Part shown: positions 45,792 through 54,956 of the stretch, piece by piece | Position numbering within the stretch: the first letter of the stretch is position 1 | Layout: each line of letters begins with the position of its first letter | NCBI GenBank assembly: GCA_004298335.1 | Contig: SCTG01000009.1 | Location: forward strand, 12,134-76,133 | Direction: 5' to 3' | Length of the DNA: 64,000 nucleotides | Source: Nitrospirota bacterium | GTDB taxonomy: Bacteria; Nitrospirota; Nitrospiria; Nitrospirales; NS-4 | Notes under the pieces: generated by a model | Seen by the model: only the letters and a program-made list of their open reading frames with translations | Databases searched by the model: none | Told to the model about the DNA's origin: nothing | Made by a program: the position numbers and the translations under genes

Positions 45792-47075
45792 TCAGACTTG
45801 AATGATGGCTTTTTCATAGACGAACTGCAAGGCCTTCTCCGCCAGGATGCGGGCCCGCAGGTCCTCGATCGCGTCTTCGCCGCTGGCCTTGAGCATCTTT
45901 ATCACTTCCGCGACGTCGACCTGCATCGCCCGCGCCATCTGCCGGCATTCCTCGATGATGTCCGCCTCGGCCACGGCGATCCCTTCCTTCTCCGCGACGG
46001 CCTCGAGGACCAGGCCGAGCTTCACGCGCTGCTGCGCGGTCGGCAGGCTCTCCTCGCGGAACTTCCGGGCGTCGAACGAGGACGGGGCCTCGCCGCCCCC
46101 CTCGCCGTGCGACGCCAGCTGGCGGAGGCGCTGCTGCCGGGACCGCTCCGCGTGGACCATGGCGTCCAGTTCGCGCTGGACCAGCGACTCCGGGACGTCG
46201 AAGTGGTGAATCTCCACCATCCGTTTCATGAGCAGGTCCTTGTACGTTTCCTCGATGTCCCGCTTGAGGCTGTGCTCCAGCTGCGTTTTGACCTTGTCGC
46301 GCAGCTCGGCGAGCGTCTTGTACTCGCCCAGGTCCTTGGCGAACTCGTCGTCCAGCTCGGGCAGGACCTTGTGCTTGAGGGCCTGCACCGTGCCCCGCAC
46401 CGTCAGGGCCGGGCCGCTCGCCTCGAACGCCGCGCCTTTCCTCTTGCCGATGATCGCCTCGTCGAGCACCGCCCCGTAGAGCGGGGTCTTGTCGCCGGCC
46501 CGGATGAGATGGGTCTCGGGCTTGAACCCGCTCGGCGCGCCCGTCCCCTCGACCCGCTCGATCGCCACCTGCACGATGTCCTCCGCGGCGATCTCCCGGT
46601 CCTCCGGGACGGTCTCGATCTGCGCGTGCTGGTGGCGGAGCACCTGCATCGCCTTGTCGAGCTCCTCGTCCGTGATCGCGCGCTTGTCCTGCTTGAGCGT
46701 GACGCCCTTGTACTCCCGGAGCTCGAAGACGGGCTTGATCTCGACGGTGGTCGTGAAGACGAGCGGCGTGCCGTTCTTGATCTTGATGCGCTCGAGCGGC
46801 GGGAGGTCCACGGCGACCGGCTTGAACCCGGTCTCCTTCATCGCCTTGCTGTAATACTCCGGGATCAGCTGGCGGATGACGTCGTCCTCGACGGTTTTCG
46901 CGTACCGCTTCTCCAGCAGGGCCTGGGGGGCCTTCCCGGCGCGGAACCCGGGAATGTGGACCTGGCTCCGGAGCTCCGCGTAGACGTCCTGGAACCGCCT
47001 GGAGACGTCCTCCGCCGACACTTCGATCCTGACGGCCCGCTTCACCGGGCCCAGTTCGGTCACGTCAAGCTTCAT
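45792..47075 (-). CDS. tig: Trigger factor
   Basis: 427 aa. N-terminal ribosome-binding GFRAGKAP motif, central FKBP-like region and C-terminal arms. Canonical tig-clpP-clpX order. Confidence 0.95.
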   Translation of the reverse strand: MKLDVTELGPVKRAVRIEVSAEDVSRRFQDVYAELRSQVHIPGFRAGKAPQALLEKRYAKTVEDDVIRQLIPEYYSKAMKETGFKPVAVDLPPLERIKIKNGTPLVFTTTVEIKPVFELREYKGVTLKQDKRAITDEELDKAMQVLRHQHAQIETVPEDREIAAEDIVQVAIERVEGTGAPSGFKPETHLIRAGDKTPLYGAVLDEAIIGKRKGAAFEASGPALTVRGTVQALKHKVLPELDDEFAKDLGEYKTLAELRDKVKTQLEHSLKRDIEETYKDLLMKRMVEIHHFDVPESLVQRELDAMVHAERSRQQRLRQLASHGEGGGEAPSSFDARKFREESLPTAQQRVKLGLVLEAVAEKEGIAVAEADIIEECRQMARAMQVDVAEVIKMLKASGEDAIEDLRARILAEKALQFVYEKAIIQV

Positions 47076-47104
47076 CGGTCATGCCCTGGTTTGCTGCGAT
47101 CATG

Positions 47105-47187
47105 TGGTGCGAGAGGAGGGACTCGAACCCCCACGGTTTCCCACGAGATCCTAAGTCTCGCGCGTCTGCCAGTTCCGCCACTCTCGC
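47105..47187 (-). tRNA. tRNA-Leu (anticodon TAG)
   Basis: 83-nt cloverleaf read on the minus strand: acceptor GCGAGAG/CTCTCGC, anticodon arm CGAGA-CTTAGGA-TCTCG, long variable arm, T-arm GGGGG-TTCGAGT-CCCTC, encoded CCA. Confidence 0.85.
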
Positions 47188-47248
47188 AGAGAACCTGGAG
47201 AGACACTCTCAGTGTTGTACTGTATCGCCGTCATCGCCGTCAAGTTTG

Positions 47249-47737
47249 CTACAGCACGAAATCCTGTTCGTAGACGCGGTAGGGGGTCATCGTCATTCCC
47301 AACCGGGTGTACGCCTCCTGCGCCGCTTCATTCTCCTTTTCCACGTAGAGACGCAGGCCGCACACGCCGCCGTGCGTGCGGGCGTCTCGCAGGACGCGCG
47401 CGTGGAGGGCGCGGTACACGCCGCGTCCCCGAACTGACGGCTCAACGTACACGCTCTGGATCCACCAGAACACGCCGTTGCGCCAGTCGCTCCATTCATA
47501 GGTGATGAACAATTGGCCGACGACGATCGATCGTATTGCGGCCACCAGATAATACCCGCGCGCGCTTGACGCCAGAACCGCGCGGGTCCCCTTCCGCAGC
47601 CGTTTCATATCGAGCGTGCGGTCCTCGGTCTCCTTCGCAATGGCGGCGTTGAACCGCACCAGTACGTCGAGGTCGGCCGGCGTGGCGGGGCGGACAGTGA
47701 CGGCGGGACGGCGGGCGCGCGGCGGCTTGGACGGCAT
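47249..47737 (-). CDS. GNAT-family N-acetyltransferase
   Basis: 162 aa. Acetyl-CoA binding motif A: VYVEPSVRGRGVYRALHARV. Confidence 0.8.
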   Translation of the reverse strand: MPSKPPRARRPAVTVRPATPADLDVLVRFNAAIAKETEDRTLDMKRLRKGTRAVLASSARGYYLVAAIRSIVVGQLFITYEWSDWRNGVFWWIQSVYVEPSVRGRGVYRALHARVLRDARTHGGVCGLRLYVEKENEAAQEAYTRLGMTMTPYRVYEQDFVL

Positions 47738-47749
47738 CCGGCGGCGCGC

Positions 47750-48310
47750 CTACTTGACGGCCGCAGGAACGACCTTGAAACGGACGAGCGTCAGCAGGCT
47801 GATGTCGGTGACAGCTTCATAGTGGATCTCGACCCGGTAGTGCCCGACGGGAAATCCGCCGGGCGGCTGCCGGATCAACAGATAGCCGCCCGTGTCCTCG
47901 TTCTCGAACTGGGCCTTGTCCGTGTGCAGCAGCATGCCGACGGGCTTGCCCTCCGGGTCCTCCAGAATGAACCGCCCCACCAGCCGGAAAATATCGAAGT
48001 TGGACTGCAGGAACTCGACGACGACATAGATCTCCGGCGTATCCGGCGTGAATTCACTGGTGACCCCGAGAGCCTTCACGCTGTGCAGCCCCGCCCGGCC
48101 GGTGTCGATTTCGAATCCGCGGGCCGTGACGATTCTCCTGAAGAGTCCCTGTGGGCTGGAGCCGCTCTTCTCGCTGAGCGGCTTCACCAGCGGGACGAGA
48201 ACGGGCGCCAGCTGCGCGCCGGCCGCCGGCACAAAGGAGGCGCCCAGGAGTGCCGCAGCCGACACGACGGCCAGCCGCGCGATCCGCCCTGCGCTCGCGC
48301 AGGCCTTCAT
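47750..48310 (-). CDS. Exported hypothetical protein
   Basis: 186 aa with a signal peptide (..LLGASFVPAAGAQ). ATGA overlap with the upstream DsbA-like gene. No recognised family. Confidence 0.5.
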   Translation of the reverse strand: MKACASAGRIARLAVVSAAALLGASFVPAAGAQLAPVLVPLVKPLSEKSGSSPQGLFRRIVTARGFEIDTGRAGLHSVKALGVTSEFTPDTPEIYVVVEFLQSNFDIFRLVGRFILEDPEGKPVGMLLHTDKAQFENEDTGGYLLIRQPPGGFPVGHYRVEIHYEAVTDISLLTLVRFKVVPAAVK

Positions 48311-49380
48311 CGTGAGACGGTTCCCGTGGCCGGGTCCGGCGCGCGCGCGCCGTTCCGCGCGGCCGGGAGCTCGCGGTCGATGTGTTGCCGGAGCGTCTCC
48401 AGCGATTGGAAGCCCGCCAGGTACCGCCCGTTGATGAAAAATGTCGGGGTTCCGCTGAGGCCCAGGCTCTGGGCCTCCGCGAGATCCTTGGCCACCGCGG
48501 CCTTCGGGCGCGCGCTGGCGAGGCAGGCCGTGAACTCCGCCTGATTCAAGCTCAACCGCTCCGCCAGCGCCTCGTAGTCGGAAGGCTTGAGGTCTGGCGC
48601 CTGGGCGAAGAGCGCGTCATGGTAGGCCCAAAATTGCCCCTGTTCGTGGGCACAGTGGGCCGCCTCCGCCGCCGGGCGCGCCTGCGGATGCCCGGACAGG
48701 GGAAAGTCGCGATAGACGAGCCTGACCTGGTCCTTGTAGAGATCGCGCAGCTGCCGCAACACCGGCAGGCTCTCCTTGCAGGCCGGACATTCGAAGTCCG
48801 CGAACTCGATGATGGTGACCGGCGCCGTCGGCGAGCCCCACGCGGGGTCGTCCCCGATCGGGATCGTCATGACGGGAGGGTCGGGGGGCTGGAGGGTCAC
48901 CGACACGCCCGCCTCGCGGGACAACCGCTCGACCAGCTCCTGCAGCGCGCGCGTGGCACGCTCGCGCACCAGCGCGTTGCGCGCGTCCTGCTTCGCCCGC
49001 TCCTCGTCCCCCGGCGGCTGGTCAGGGGTCGCGCGCCAGCGCGCCTCGACTTCCTCCGGCGTGATCGTCGCGATGGGGCCCTGCACCTGCGCCGACACGA
49101 AGGCCGACACCGACTGGCCTTGCGCGGCGGCGGCGCGCGCCAGGAGCCGTTCCACGATCATCTGGTCCAGGCGCCGCCTGGTCAGGCGATACCTCTCCTG
49201 CTCGAGCTCGTACAGCGGGAGCCGGAGCGCCTGCTCGATCTCGGCCTGGGTGATCGGCGCGCCCTCCACCGTGGCCATGACCGGGGAGTCGGCCCGGAGC
49301 GGGAGCGGCAACAGACAGACGGCCGCGACGGCGATCGCCGAAGCGCGCAGGCTGATGGCGGGGAACGGTCGCATGGACAT
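48307..49380 (-). CDS. DsbA-family thiol:disulfide oxidoreductase with an N-terminal chaperone-like domain
   Basis: Signal peptide. Thioredoxin-fold active site FADFECPACKE. C-terminal GTPTFFINGRYL. Confidence 0.8.
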   Translation of the reverse strand: MSMRPFPAISLRASAIAVAAVCLLPLPLRADSPVMATVEGAPITQAEIEQALRLPLYELEQERYRLTRRRLDQMIVERLLARAAAAQGQSVSAFVSAQVQGPIATITPEEVEARWRATPDQPPGDEERAKQDARNALVRERATRALQELVERLSREAGVSVTLQPPDPPVMTIPIGDDPAWGSPTAPVTIIEFADFECPACKESLPVLRQLRDLYKDQVRLVYRDFPLSGHPQARPAAEAAHCAHEQGQFWAYHDALFAQAPDLKPSDYEALAERLSLNQAEFTACLASARPKAAVAKDLAEAQSLGLSGTPTFFINGRYLAGFQSLETLRQHIDRELPAARNGARAPDPATGTVSR

Positions 49381-49441
49381 CGTATGGCTTGATGATACTA
49401 AGCTTCTTCCGTCGGGCGCAACTCTCGGCTAGAATCCCCCC

Positions 49442-50476
49442 ATGCACGCCCTTCGCCGAGGTTCGGCGCTCCCGATGCTGTTCGCGGCCCTGCTCGGCCT
49501 GGCCGCCTGCGGCCGGACCAGCGATGCGATCGTGGTGATCGCGCTGCACCCGAAAAATCCGGACATCCTGTACGTCGCGACGAACGACTACATCTACAAG
49601 TCCCGCGACGAGGGCCGGACCTGGGGAAAAATCTCCGGCGGGATGAGTCATTCGCGGGTGATCTCGATGGCCATCGACCCCGCCTACCCGGCCACCATCT
49701 ATGCCGGCCTGAAGGGCGATGCCGTGTACAAGAGTTATGACGGCGGCCAGCGCTGGGTGCCGCAGAAGACGGGGCTCGACGATGTGACGGTCACGTCGGT
49801 CGTGAATCAATTGCTCGTCGACCCGCTGGAGAACACGCACCTGTGGGCGGCGACTACCATGGGGGTCTTCGAGTCAACGGATGGCGGCGATTCCTGGACG
49901 AAGCGGATGGCGGGCATGAAGGAGATTCTCATGGTGGTCACGCTGGCGATCGACCACACGCGCCCTGACATCATGTATGCGGGCACGAGCGGCGGCGTCT
50001 ACAAATCGGGGGACCGCGCGCGCACGTGGACGAAAGTGCATGACGGCATGATCTCCCCCGCGCTGCTCTCGTCGGGCCGCGCGCTGATGGTGAACACCGT
50101 CCTGGTTGACCCCGGCCAGCCAGACACGGTCTATGCGGCGACGCTCAACGGCTTGTACAAAACCACGAACGGCGCCGCGTCCTGGTTTCGAATCGGGCAG
50201 GCCCTACCCGACCAGATGATGACCGCAATGGATGTGGAGCCTTCGGCGCCGGGGATTCTGTACGTCGCCGGGCGTCAGGGCGTCTTCAAGAGCGTCGATG
50301 GGGGCGCGACCTGGCAGGAGAAAAACGAGGGGCTGGCGAGTCTGAACATCCGGTCGCTGGCCGTCAGCCCGGTCGACCCGAAGACCGTCTACCTCGGCAC
50401 CAACGGCAGCGGGCTCTACCGAAGCCGCGACGGCGGCGCGACCTGGGTATCCCTGCCCCTCGCCCTAAAATTGTGA
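49442..50476 (+). CDS. BNR/Asp-box repeat beta-propeller lipoprotein (Ycf48-like)
   Basis: Lipobox LAAC. Five Asp-box repeats: SRDEGRTW, STDGGDSW, SGDRARTW, SVDGGATW, SRDGGATW. Confidence 0.75.
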   Translation: MHALRRGSALPMLFAALLGLAACGRTSDAIVVIALHPKNPDILYVATNDYIYKSRDEGRTWGKISGGMSHSRVISMAIDPAYPATIYAGLKGDAVYKSYDGGQRWVPQKTGLDDVTVTSVVNQLLVDPLENTHLWAATTMGVFESTDGGDSWTKRMAGMKEILMVVTLAIDHTRPDIMYAGTSGGVYKSGDRARTWTKVHDGMISPALLSSGRALMVNTVLVDPGQPDTVYAATLNGLYKTTNGAASWFRIGQALPDQMMTAMDVEPSAPGILYVAGRQGVFKSVDGGATWQEKNEGLASLNIRSLAVSPVDPKTVYLGTNGSGLYRSRDGGATWVSLPLALKL

Positions 50477-51664
50477 ATAGTGTTTGTTCAGGCAGTCGGG
50501 GCAGATGCCGTGGCTGAAGTCCGCGTCGGTGCGGTCCTTCACGTAGGTTTCCACCGTGTGCCACTGGCCCTGATCGTCGCGGATCTTCTTGCAATGCGAG
50601 CAGATGGGCAGCAGCCCCCGCAACGTCTTGATGTTGTCCAGGGCATGTTGCAGGAGGATAATGTGGCTCTCGCGATCCGCTTCCCCCACCTTGCGGTCGG
50701 TGATGTCCCGTGAAATGACGACGCCCCGGGATTCTCCCTCGGCGGTGGTGTACGCTTTGCCCGTGCTTTCCATCCAGCGCCACTCTCCGTTCTGATGGCG
50801 GTAGCGAAAGACGGTCTGGCCTTGGCCGTCCGGACTGCTGAAGATCGCGGTCGTGGCGGCCAGGTCGTCGGGATGGACCAGTTCGAACGCGTTGCGGCCC
50901 AGCAAGCCGTCCGGCTCATAGCCCAGCACGGCGGCATAATTCTGGCTGACGTACAGATACCGGCCATCCTGGTCCAGTTCACACAGGAGGTCCTGCACGT
51001 TGTCGACCAGGCTCCGATAGCGCTCCCGGCTCTCCCGCAACACCGCCTGCGCCTGCTCGAGCGTCGTGATGGTCTCCAGCAGGCCGGCCTTCTTCCGGCG
51101 CTCCTTGCGCACGGTGTCGACGGCCACCCCGTAGAAGATCGCCATGATCAGGAGGACGGGGATCCGGAGCAGGCGGCTCTCCGTAAACACGCCGGCCTGC
51201 CATTCAACCAGATACTGGATCGCCCCGTAGGCCATGCAGAGCAGGACCGAGAGCACGATGTGGTGGTTCAACGAGGGCGTGACGGCGGCGATCAGGATGA
51301 TCAGGAAATAGATCAGGTAGAGGTCGGTGAACGCGTCGCTGGACCAGTAGATGATGGCGGTGGTCATGGCCGTGTCCACCGAGACCAGGGCGCCGACGAA
51401 CCACCTCGCGCCCATCACCCGCGCCGGCATCAGCATCACGCTGCCGAGCGCCAGCAGCAGGCCGAGGGTGAGGGTCTGCTTGCTCTCCATCGTCAGGAGC
51501 GGGTCCCCGCTGAACAGGACCTGGTAGGAAAGCACGACGGTCACGAGGGTCTGCAGCATCACGAACTGGGCGCGGTTGGGATTCGCGGGCGCGGCCAGGC
51601 GGAGCGGCGCGGGGGACGGCTCGGCGTCCATCGCCGGGGCGGACATTGAGACGGGATCACTCAT
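50465..51664 (-). CDS. Membrane sensor: about 6 TM segments + PAS + C-terminal 4-Cys module
   Basis: PAS: RYRSLVDNVQDLLCELDQDGRYLYVSQNYAAVLGY...GVVISRDITDRK. C-terminus: LRGLLPICSHCKKIRDDQGQWHTVETYVKDRTDADFSHGICPDCL. The start shares a nucleotide with the upstream stop (TGATG). Confidence 0.75.
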   Translation of the reverse strand: MSDPVSMSAPAMDAEPSPAPLRLAAPANPNRAQFVMLQTLVTVVLSYQVLFSGDPLLTMESKQTLTLGLLLALGSVMLMPARVMGARWFVGALVSVDTAMTTAIIYWSSDAFTDLYLIYFLIILIAAVTPSLNHHIVLSVLLCMAYGAIQYLVEWQAGVFTESRLLRIPVLLIMAIFYGVAVDTVRKERRKKAGLLETITTLEQAQAVLRESRERYRSLVDNVQDLLCELDQDGRYLYVSQNYAAVLGYEPDGLLGRNAFELVHPDDLAATTAIFSSPDGQGQTVFRYRHQNGEWRWMESTGKAYTTAEGESRGVVISRDITDRKVGEADRESHIILLQHALDNIKTLRGLLPICSHCKKIRDDQGQWHTVETYVKDRTDADFSHGICPDCLNKHYSQF

Positions 51665-52539
51665 CAGAAACTCCCCAAAATCTCTTTCTTCTTTTCGCGA
51701 TACTCTTCATCCGTAATCAGGTTCTGTTCCCGCAGCCGCTTGAGCATGCGCAAGCGCTCCTCGACGGCCCCGCCCGGGAGCCTGCCCGCATCCGGCGCGG
51801 GCGCGACCTTCTCTCCGGGCATCGCCTTCTCGACGGCTGCCGGCCGGGCGGCTGGCGGCGGCGCGCCCAGGAGCGCCCGATACTCGATCACGATTTCAGG
51901 GCCCGCGCCGGACGACAGCATGGACAGCAGCCCCGTCCCTTTGACCACAGTCTGGCGCTCGTCCTGCACCACCTCGTAAAAGGGCGCGGCGACCGCACGC
52001 AACGGCTCGTTCCACAACCGCTCGCGGACCGCGGTCTTCGTCGTGCCGTGCCGGTAGTTCGCCAGCAGCAGATGGAGGCGCGTCTCCTCCGCGAACCACC
52101 CGCCGGTGGTGACCTCGTTCAGTCCGGACGGGAGCACCCTGCTCATGCCGAACACCACCCACTCATCCGGTTTGGCTCTGGCAAAGGTCTCGCTCAGCGC
52201 CCGGCCAAGGTACGCGATCTCGTCCGGCGCGAACGCCTCGGTCGGCGGTTCCAAGGCCCGGGTAAACAGGATGCTGTCCTTGCGGGGCTGGATGCGGATG
52301 CCGGCCAGGATGCGCATCCAGTCGGCGGGGCTCAGCGCGACGGGATGGGCAAACCGCCCCGCGCCCTCCGTGCGCCCTTCCAGGCGGACGAAGCGTTCCT
52401 GCTCCTCCTGGATGGGACGGGCGCTCCGCTCCGGACCCAGGCAGGCTTGACACAGCACCAACGCCAAGAAGAGAAAGACTGCGCTGGAATGGGCTCGGGG
52501 GGCTGGCAAGAAAGTCGCGGAGCGCACAGGAGCCGTCAA
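51664..52539 (-). CDS. Lipoprotein with a C-terminal SHOCT domain
   Basis: Lipobox-like LCQAC. C-terminal EERLRMLKRLREQNLITDEEYREKKKEIL matches the SHOCT pattern. ATGA overlap with the cyclase gene. Confidence 0.6.
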   Translation of the reverse strand: MTAPVRSATFLPAPRAHSSAVFLFLALVLCQACLGPERSARPIQEEQERFVRLEGRTEGAGRFAHPVALSPADWMRILAGIRIQPRKDSILFTRALEPPTEAFAPDEIAYLGRALSETFARAKPDEWVVFGMSRVLPSGLNEVTTGGWFAEETRLHLLLANYRHGTTKTAVRERLWNEPLRAVAAPFYEVVQDERQTVVKGTGLLSMLSSGAGPEIVIEYRALLGAPPPAARPAAVEKAMPGEKVAPAPDAGRLPGGAVEERLRMLKRLREQNLITDEEYREKKKEILGSF

Positions 52540-54794
52540 CTCATGATCTTGATCAGCGCGTCCACGACTTTCGGATCATAGAGCCCCTTGCCGACTCCCC
52601 TGCCGATTTCGTCCAGCGCGACGTGCCGCTCCCACGGGTCCCGGTAGGGCCGCCACGAGATCAGCGCGTCGTAGGCGTCGGCCACGGCCACGATCCGCGC
52701 CCCGAGCGGAATGTCTTCGCCCTTGAGGCCGCCGGGATAGCCGGTGCCGTTGAAGTTCTCATGGCTGTGGTGGACGATCTTGATCATGGTCTCGTTGTCG
52801 TACCCCAGCTTCCGCAGCGTCCTGGCGCCCTCCACCGGATGCATCCTCACCATGTCCAGTTCCCAGGAACTGAGGCTCCCCATCCGGTTCAGAAGGTGAT
52901 GGGGCACGATCTCCTTGCCGATATCCGCCAGGAACCCGGCGTGGAGGATATCGAGCTTGTCCTTATCCGGGAGGCCGAAATAGCCGGCCAGGGCGTAGGC
53001 GAAGACCGCCACCATCTTGGAGTGGCCGATGCTGCCGTCCAGGGCCTCCACGGGGAGCGTCACGTCGCCGGGGATCTGGATGATGTTCTGCACGTACCGG
53101 TATTCCTGGGCGAACTTCTGGGAGACCTTCTTGGTGTCCTCGAAGGGGTCCTTGATGCCGATCACCTCGTACGCTTCAATGCGCTGCCGCCGCCCCCGGA
53201 TGTTGATCTTCTCGCTCTCCCGGATCTTGAGGCCCGCTTCGGCGTAGGCCAGCTTGACCTTCGTGTCGCCGGGCTCGAGCTGCAGGGCCTTCTCAAAATA
53301 CTGCAACGCTTCCACCGGCTCGTTGAGCTCCAGATGAATCTGTCCGATGTGGAAATGATGGTGGGCGGCGGTGGGTTCGGCCGCCACTTTCTCGTGCAGC
53401 TCTTCCAACTGCCGCTCCTTCTCGGTTTCCATAATTTCTTTCGCCGGCAGGTCGCGCTTTTTGCGGGCGTCGATGAACAGGCTGGCGGTTTCGTAGGTGT
53501 ACCGGTCGATCAGCACTTTGCCCGGGGCGCAGGCCTTCTGCAGCCGGGCGGCGATGTTGACCACGTCCCCGATGGCGGTATAGGACTGGCGCTTGTTCCC
53601 GACGAGGCCCGTAATGGTCGAACCGGAGCAGACGCCGATGCGCATCTCCCACGGGTACTGCTGTTTCGCCATCTTCTCCTGCATCTTGAGCGCCGCCAGC
53701 ACGCTCAGGATGCGGTAGGTCTCATAGTCCAGCGGCGCCCCGAACTCGCACATGATGCCGTCGCCCATGTACCGGTCGATGTGGCCGCGATAGGACATCA
53801 TGATGGGTTCCATGTCGCCGATGTAGCGGTTCAGATCGCGGATCACGATCTCCGGCGGGTTCTGCTCGGAATGGGTGGTGAAGCCGACCAGATCGGAGAA
53901 CAGGATGCTCACGTTGCGCTTTTCGTTCCGCAGCCGCCCCTCGATCATCAGTTTGACCACGGAGGAATCCATGGTGGAGTACAGCGCCTCCTCCACCTTG
54001 GACTTCAGGGATTCGATCGACTGCTTGGATTTTTCCAGCTCATCGGTCCGCTCCGTCACCTTGAGCTCGAGGTTGTCCGCATAGTCCTTCAGGGACGCGG
54101 CGGCCTGCTTGAGCTCTTCGGTGCGCTCCTTGACCTTGTTCTCCAGGTTGTCGCTGTAGTCCTTCAGCGCCGTGTTGGCGCGGTTGAGCTCTTCCTGATG
54201 GTGCTGGAGTTCCCGGTTCAGGTACTCCAGGTTGTCGGCGTTGGCCTTGAGCGCGGTGTTGGCGCGGTTGAGCTCCTCGTGTTCCCCCTGCAATTGCTGG
54301 TTCAGCCGGCGCGTGTTCTCCACTTCGAGCGCCAGCTTCTCGTGCAGGCCTCCGACGACCGCCCCGGCCAGGACGAGAAAGCTGCCCCAGGCGACGATGT
54401 GGCCGTACAGCGCGCCCTCGGTCGCCTCCGTCATGAACGCCGCCGGTTCGTAATACACGTATGCCGTGACCATCAGCACGGCGAAAAACGCCCCCATCAC
54501 CGCTTTGCGGCGGCCCAGGTAGTAGCCGCTTAAAATGATGGGCAGGAAGTAGAAGTTCAGGAACGCGAGCTTGTCGGTGATCAGGGGGTGGTAATTGATA
54601 AGGGCGGTGACGAGCAGCGTGAGGAGGACGAACGTCTGCTCGAAGTACCGGAGAAAATAGGCCTTGAGGCCGTCCATCGTGCTGACCGGCGCCTGCGAAC
54701 CGGGGGGAGCCGCACCGGGCGGCGGGCCGTCCACGTAAGGGGGCGGGCCCGGCTCGACGGAAACGGTTGGAGTGCTGGGGTCGGTATCGCTCAT
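52536..54794 (-). CDS. Membrane-anchored class III adenylate/guanylate cyclase fused to TPR-like and HD-GYP domains
   Basis: 752 aa. N-terminal TM region and coiled coil. Cyclase motifs ILFSDLVGFT, YMGDGIMCEFG, IGDVVNIAARLQ. HD-GYP motifs GHSKMV..., FLADIGK, HHSHENFNGTGYPGGL. Confidence 0.85.
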   Translation of the reverse strand: MSDTDPSTPTVSVEPGPPPYVDGPPPGAAPPGSQAPVSTMDGLKAYFLRYFEQTFVLLTLLVTALINYHPLITDKLAFLNFYFLPIILSGYYLGRRKAVMGAFFAVLMVTAYVYYEPAAFMTEATEGALYGHIVAWGSFLVLAGAVVGGLHEKLALEVENTRRLNQQLQGEHEELNRANTALKANADNLEYLNRELQHHQEELNRANTALKDYSDNLENKVKERTEELKQAAASLKDYADNLELKVTERTDELEKSKQSIESLKSKVEEALYSTMDSSVVKLMIEGRLRNEKRNVSILFSDLVGFTTHSEQNPPEIVIRDLNRYIGDMEPIMMSYRGHIDRYMGDGIMCEFGAPLDYETYRILSVLAALKMQEKMAKQQYPWEMRIGVCSGSTITGLVGNKRQSYTAIGDVVNIAARLQKACAPGKVLIDRYTYETASLFIDARKKRDLPAKEIMETEKERQLEELHEKVAAEPTAAHHHFHIGQIHLELNEPVEALQYFEKALQLEPGDTKVKLAYAEAGLKIRESEKINIRGRRQRIEAYEVIGIKDPFEDTKKVSQKFAQEYRYVQNIIQIPGDVTLPVEALDGSIGHSKMVAVFAYALAGYFGLPDKDKLDILHAGFLADIGKEIVPHHLLNRMGSLSSWELDMVRMHPVEGARTLRKLGYDNETMIKIVHHSHENFNGTGYPGGLKGEDIPLGARIVAVADAYDALISWRPYRDPWERHVALDEIGRGVGKGLYDPKVVDALIKIMS
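54060..54280 (-). repeat. Intragenic duplicated coiled-coil modules in the cyclase gene
   Basis: Plus-strand 54162-54194 and 54246-54278 are 30/33 identical and 84 nt (28 codons) apart; both encode EELNRANTALK. A second pair encodes LKDY(S/A)DNLE.KV.ERT(E/D)EL. Confidence 0.7.
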
Positions 54795-54956
54795 GTATCG
54801 GTAGTTCTAACGCCGCCCTTCAAGAGAAGGACAACCTATCCCATCAGGCAGGGCTTGTCAAGGCAACGCCGGCGTCCTCCGGCGCGCGCGGGAACATGAC
54901 TATCGGCATGGAAATGCCGGGAACAGGGAACGTCCTCGGAGAACCGACGTCCGTCG

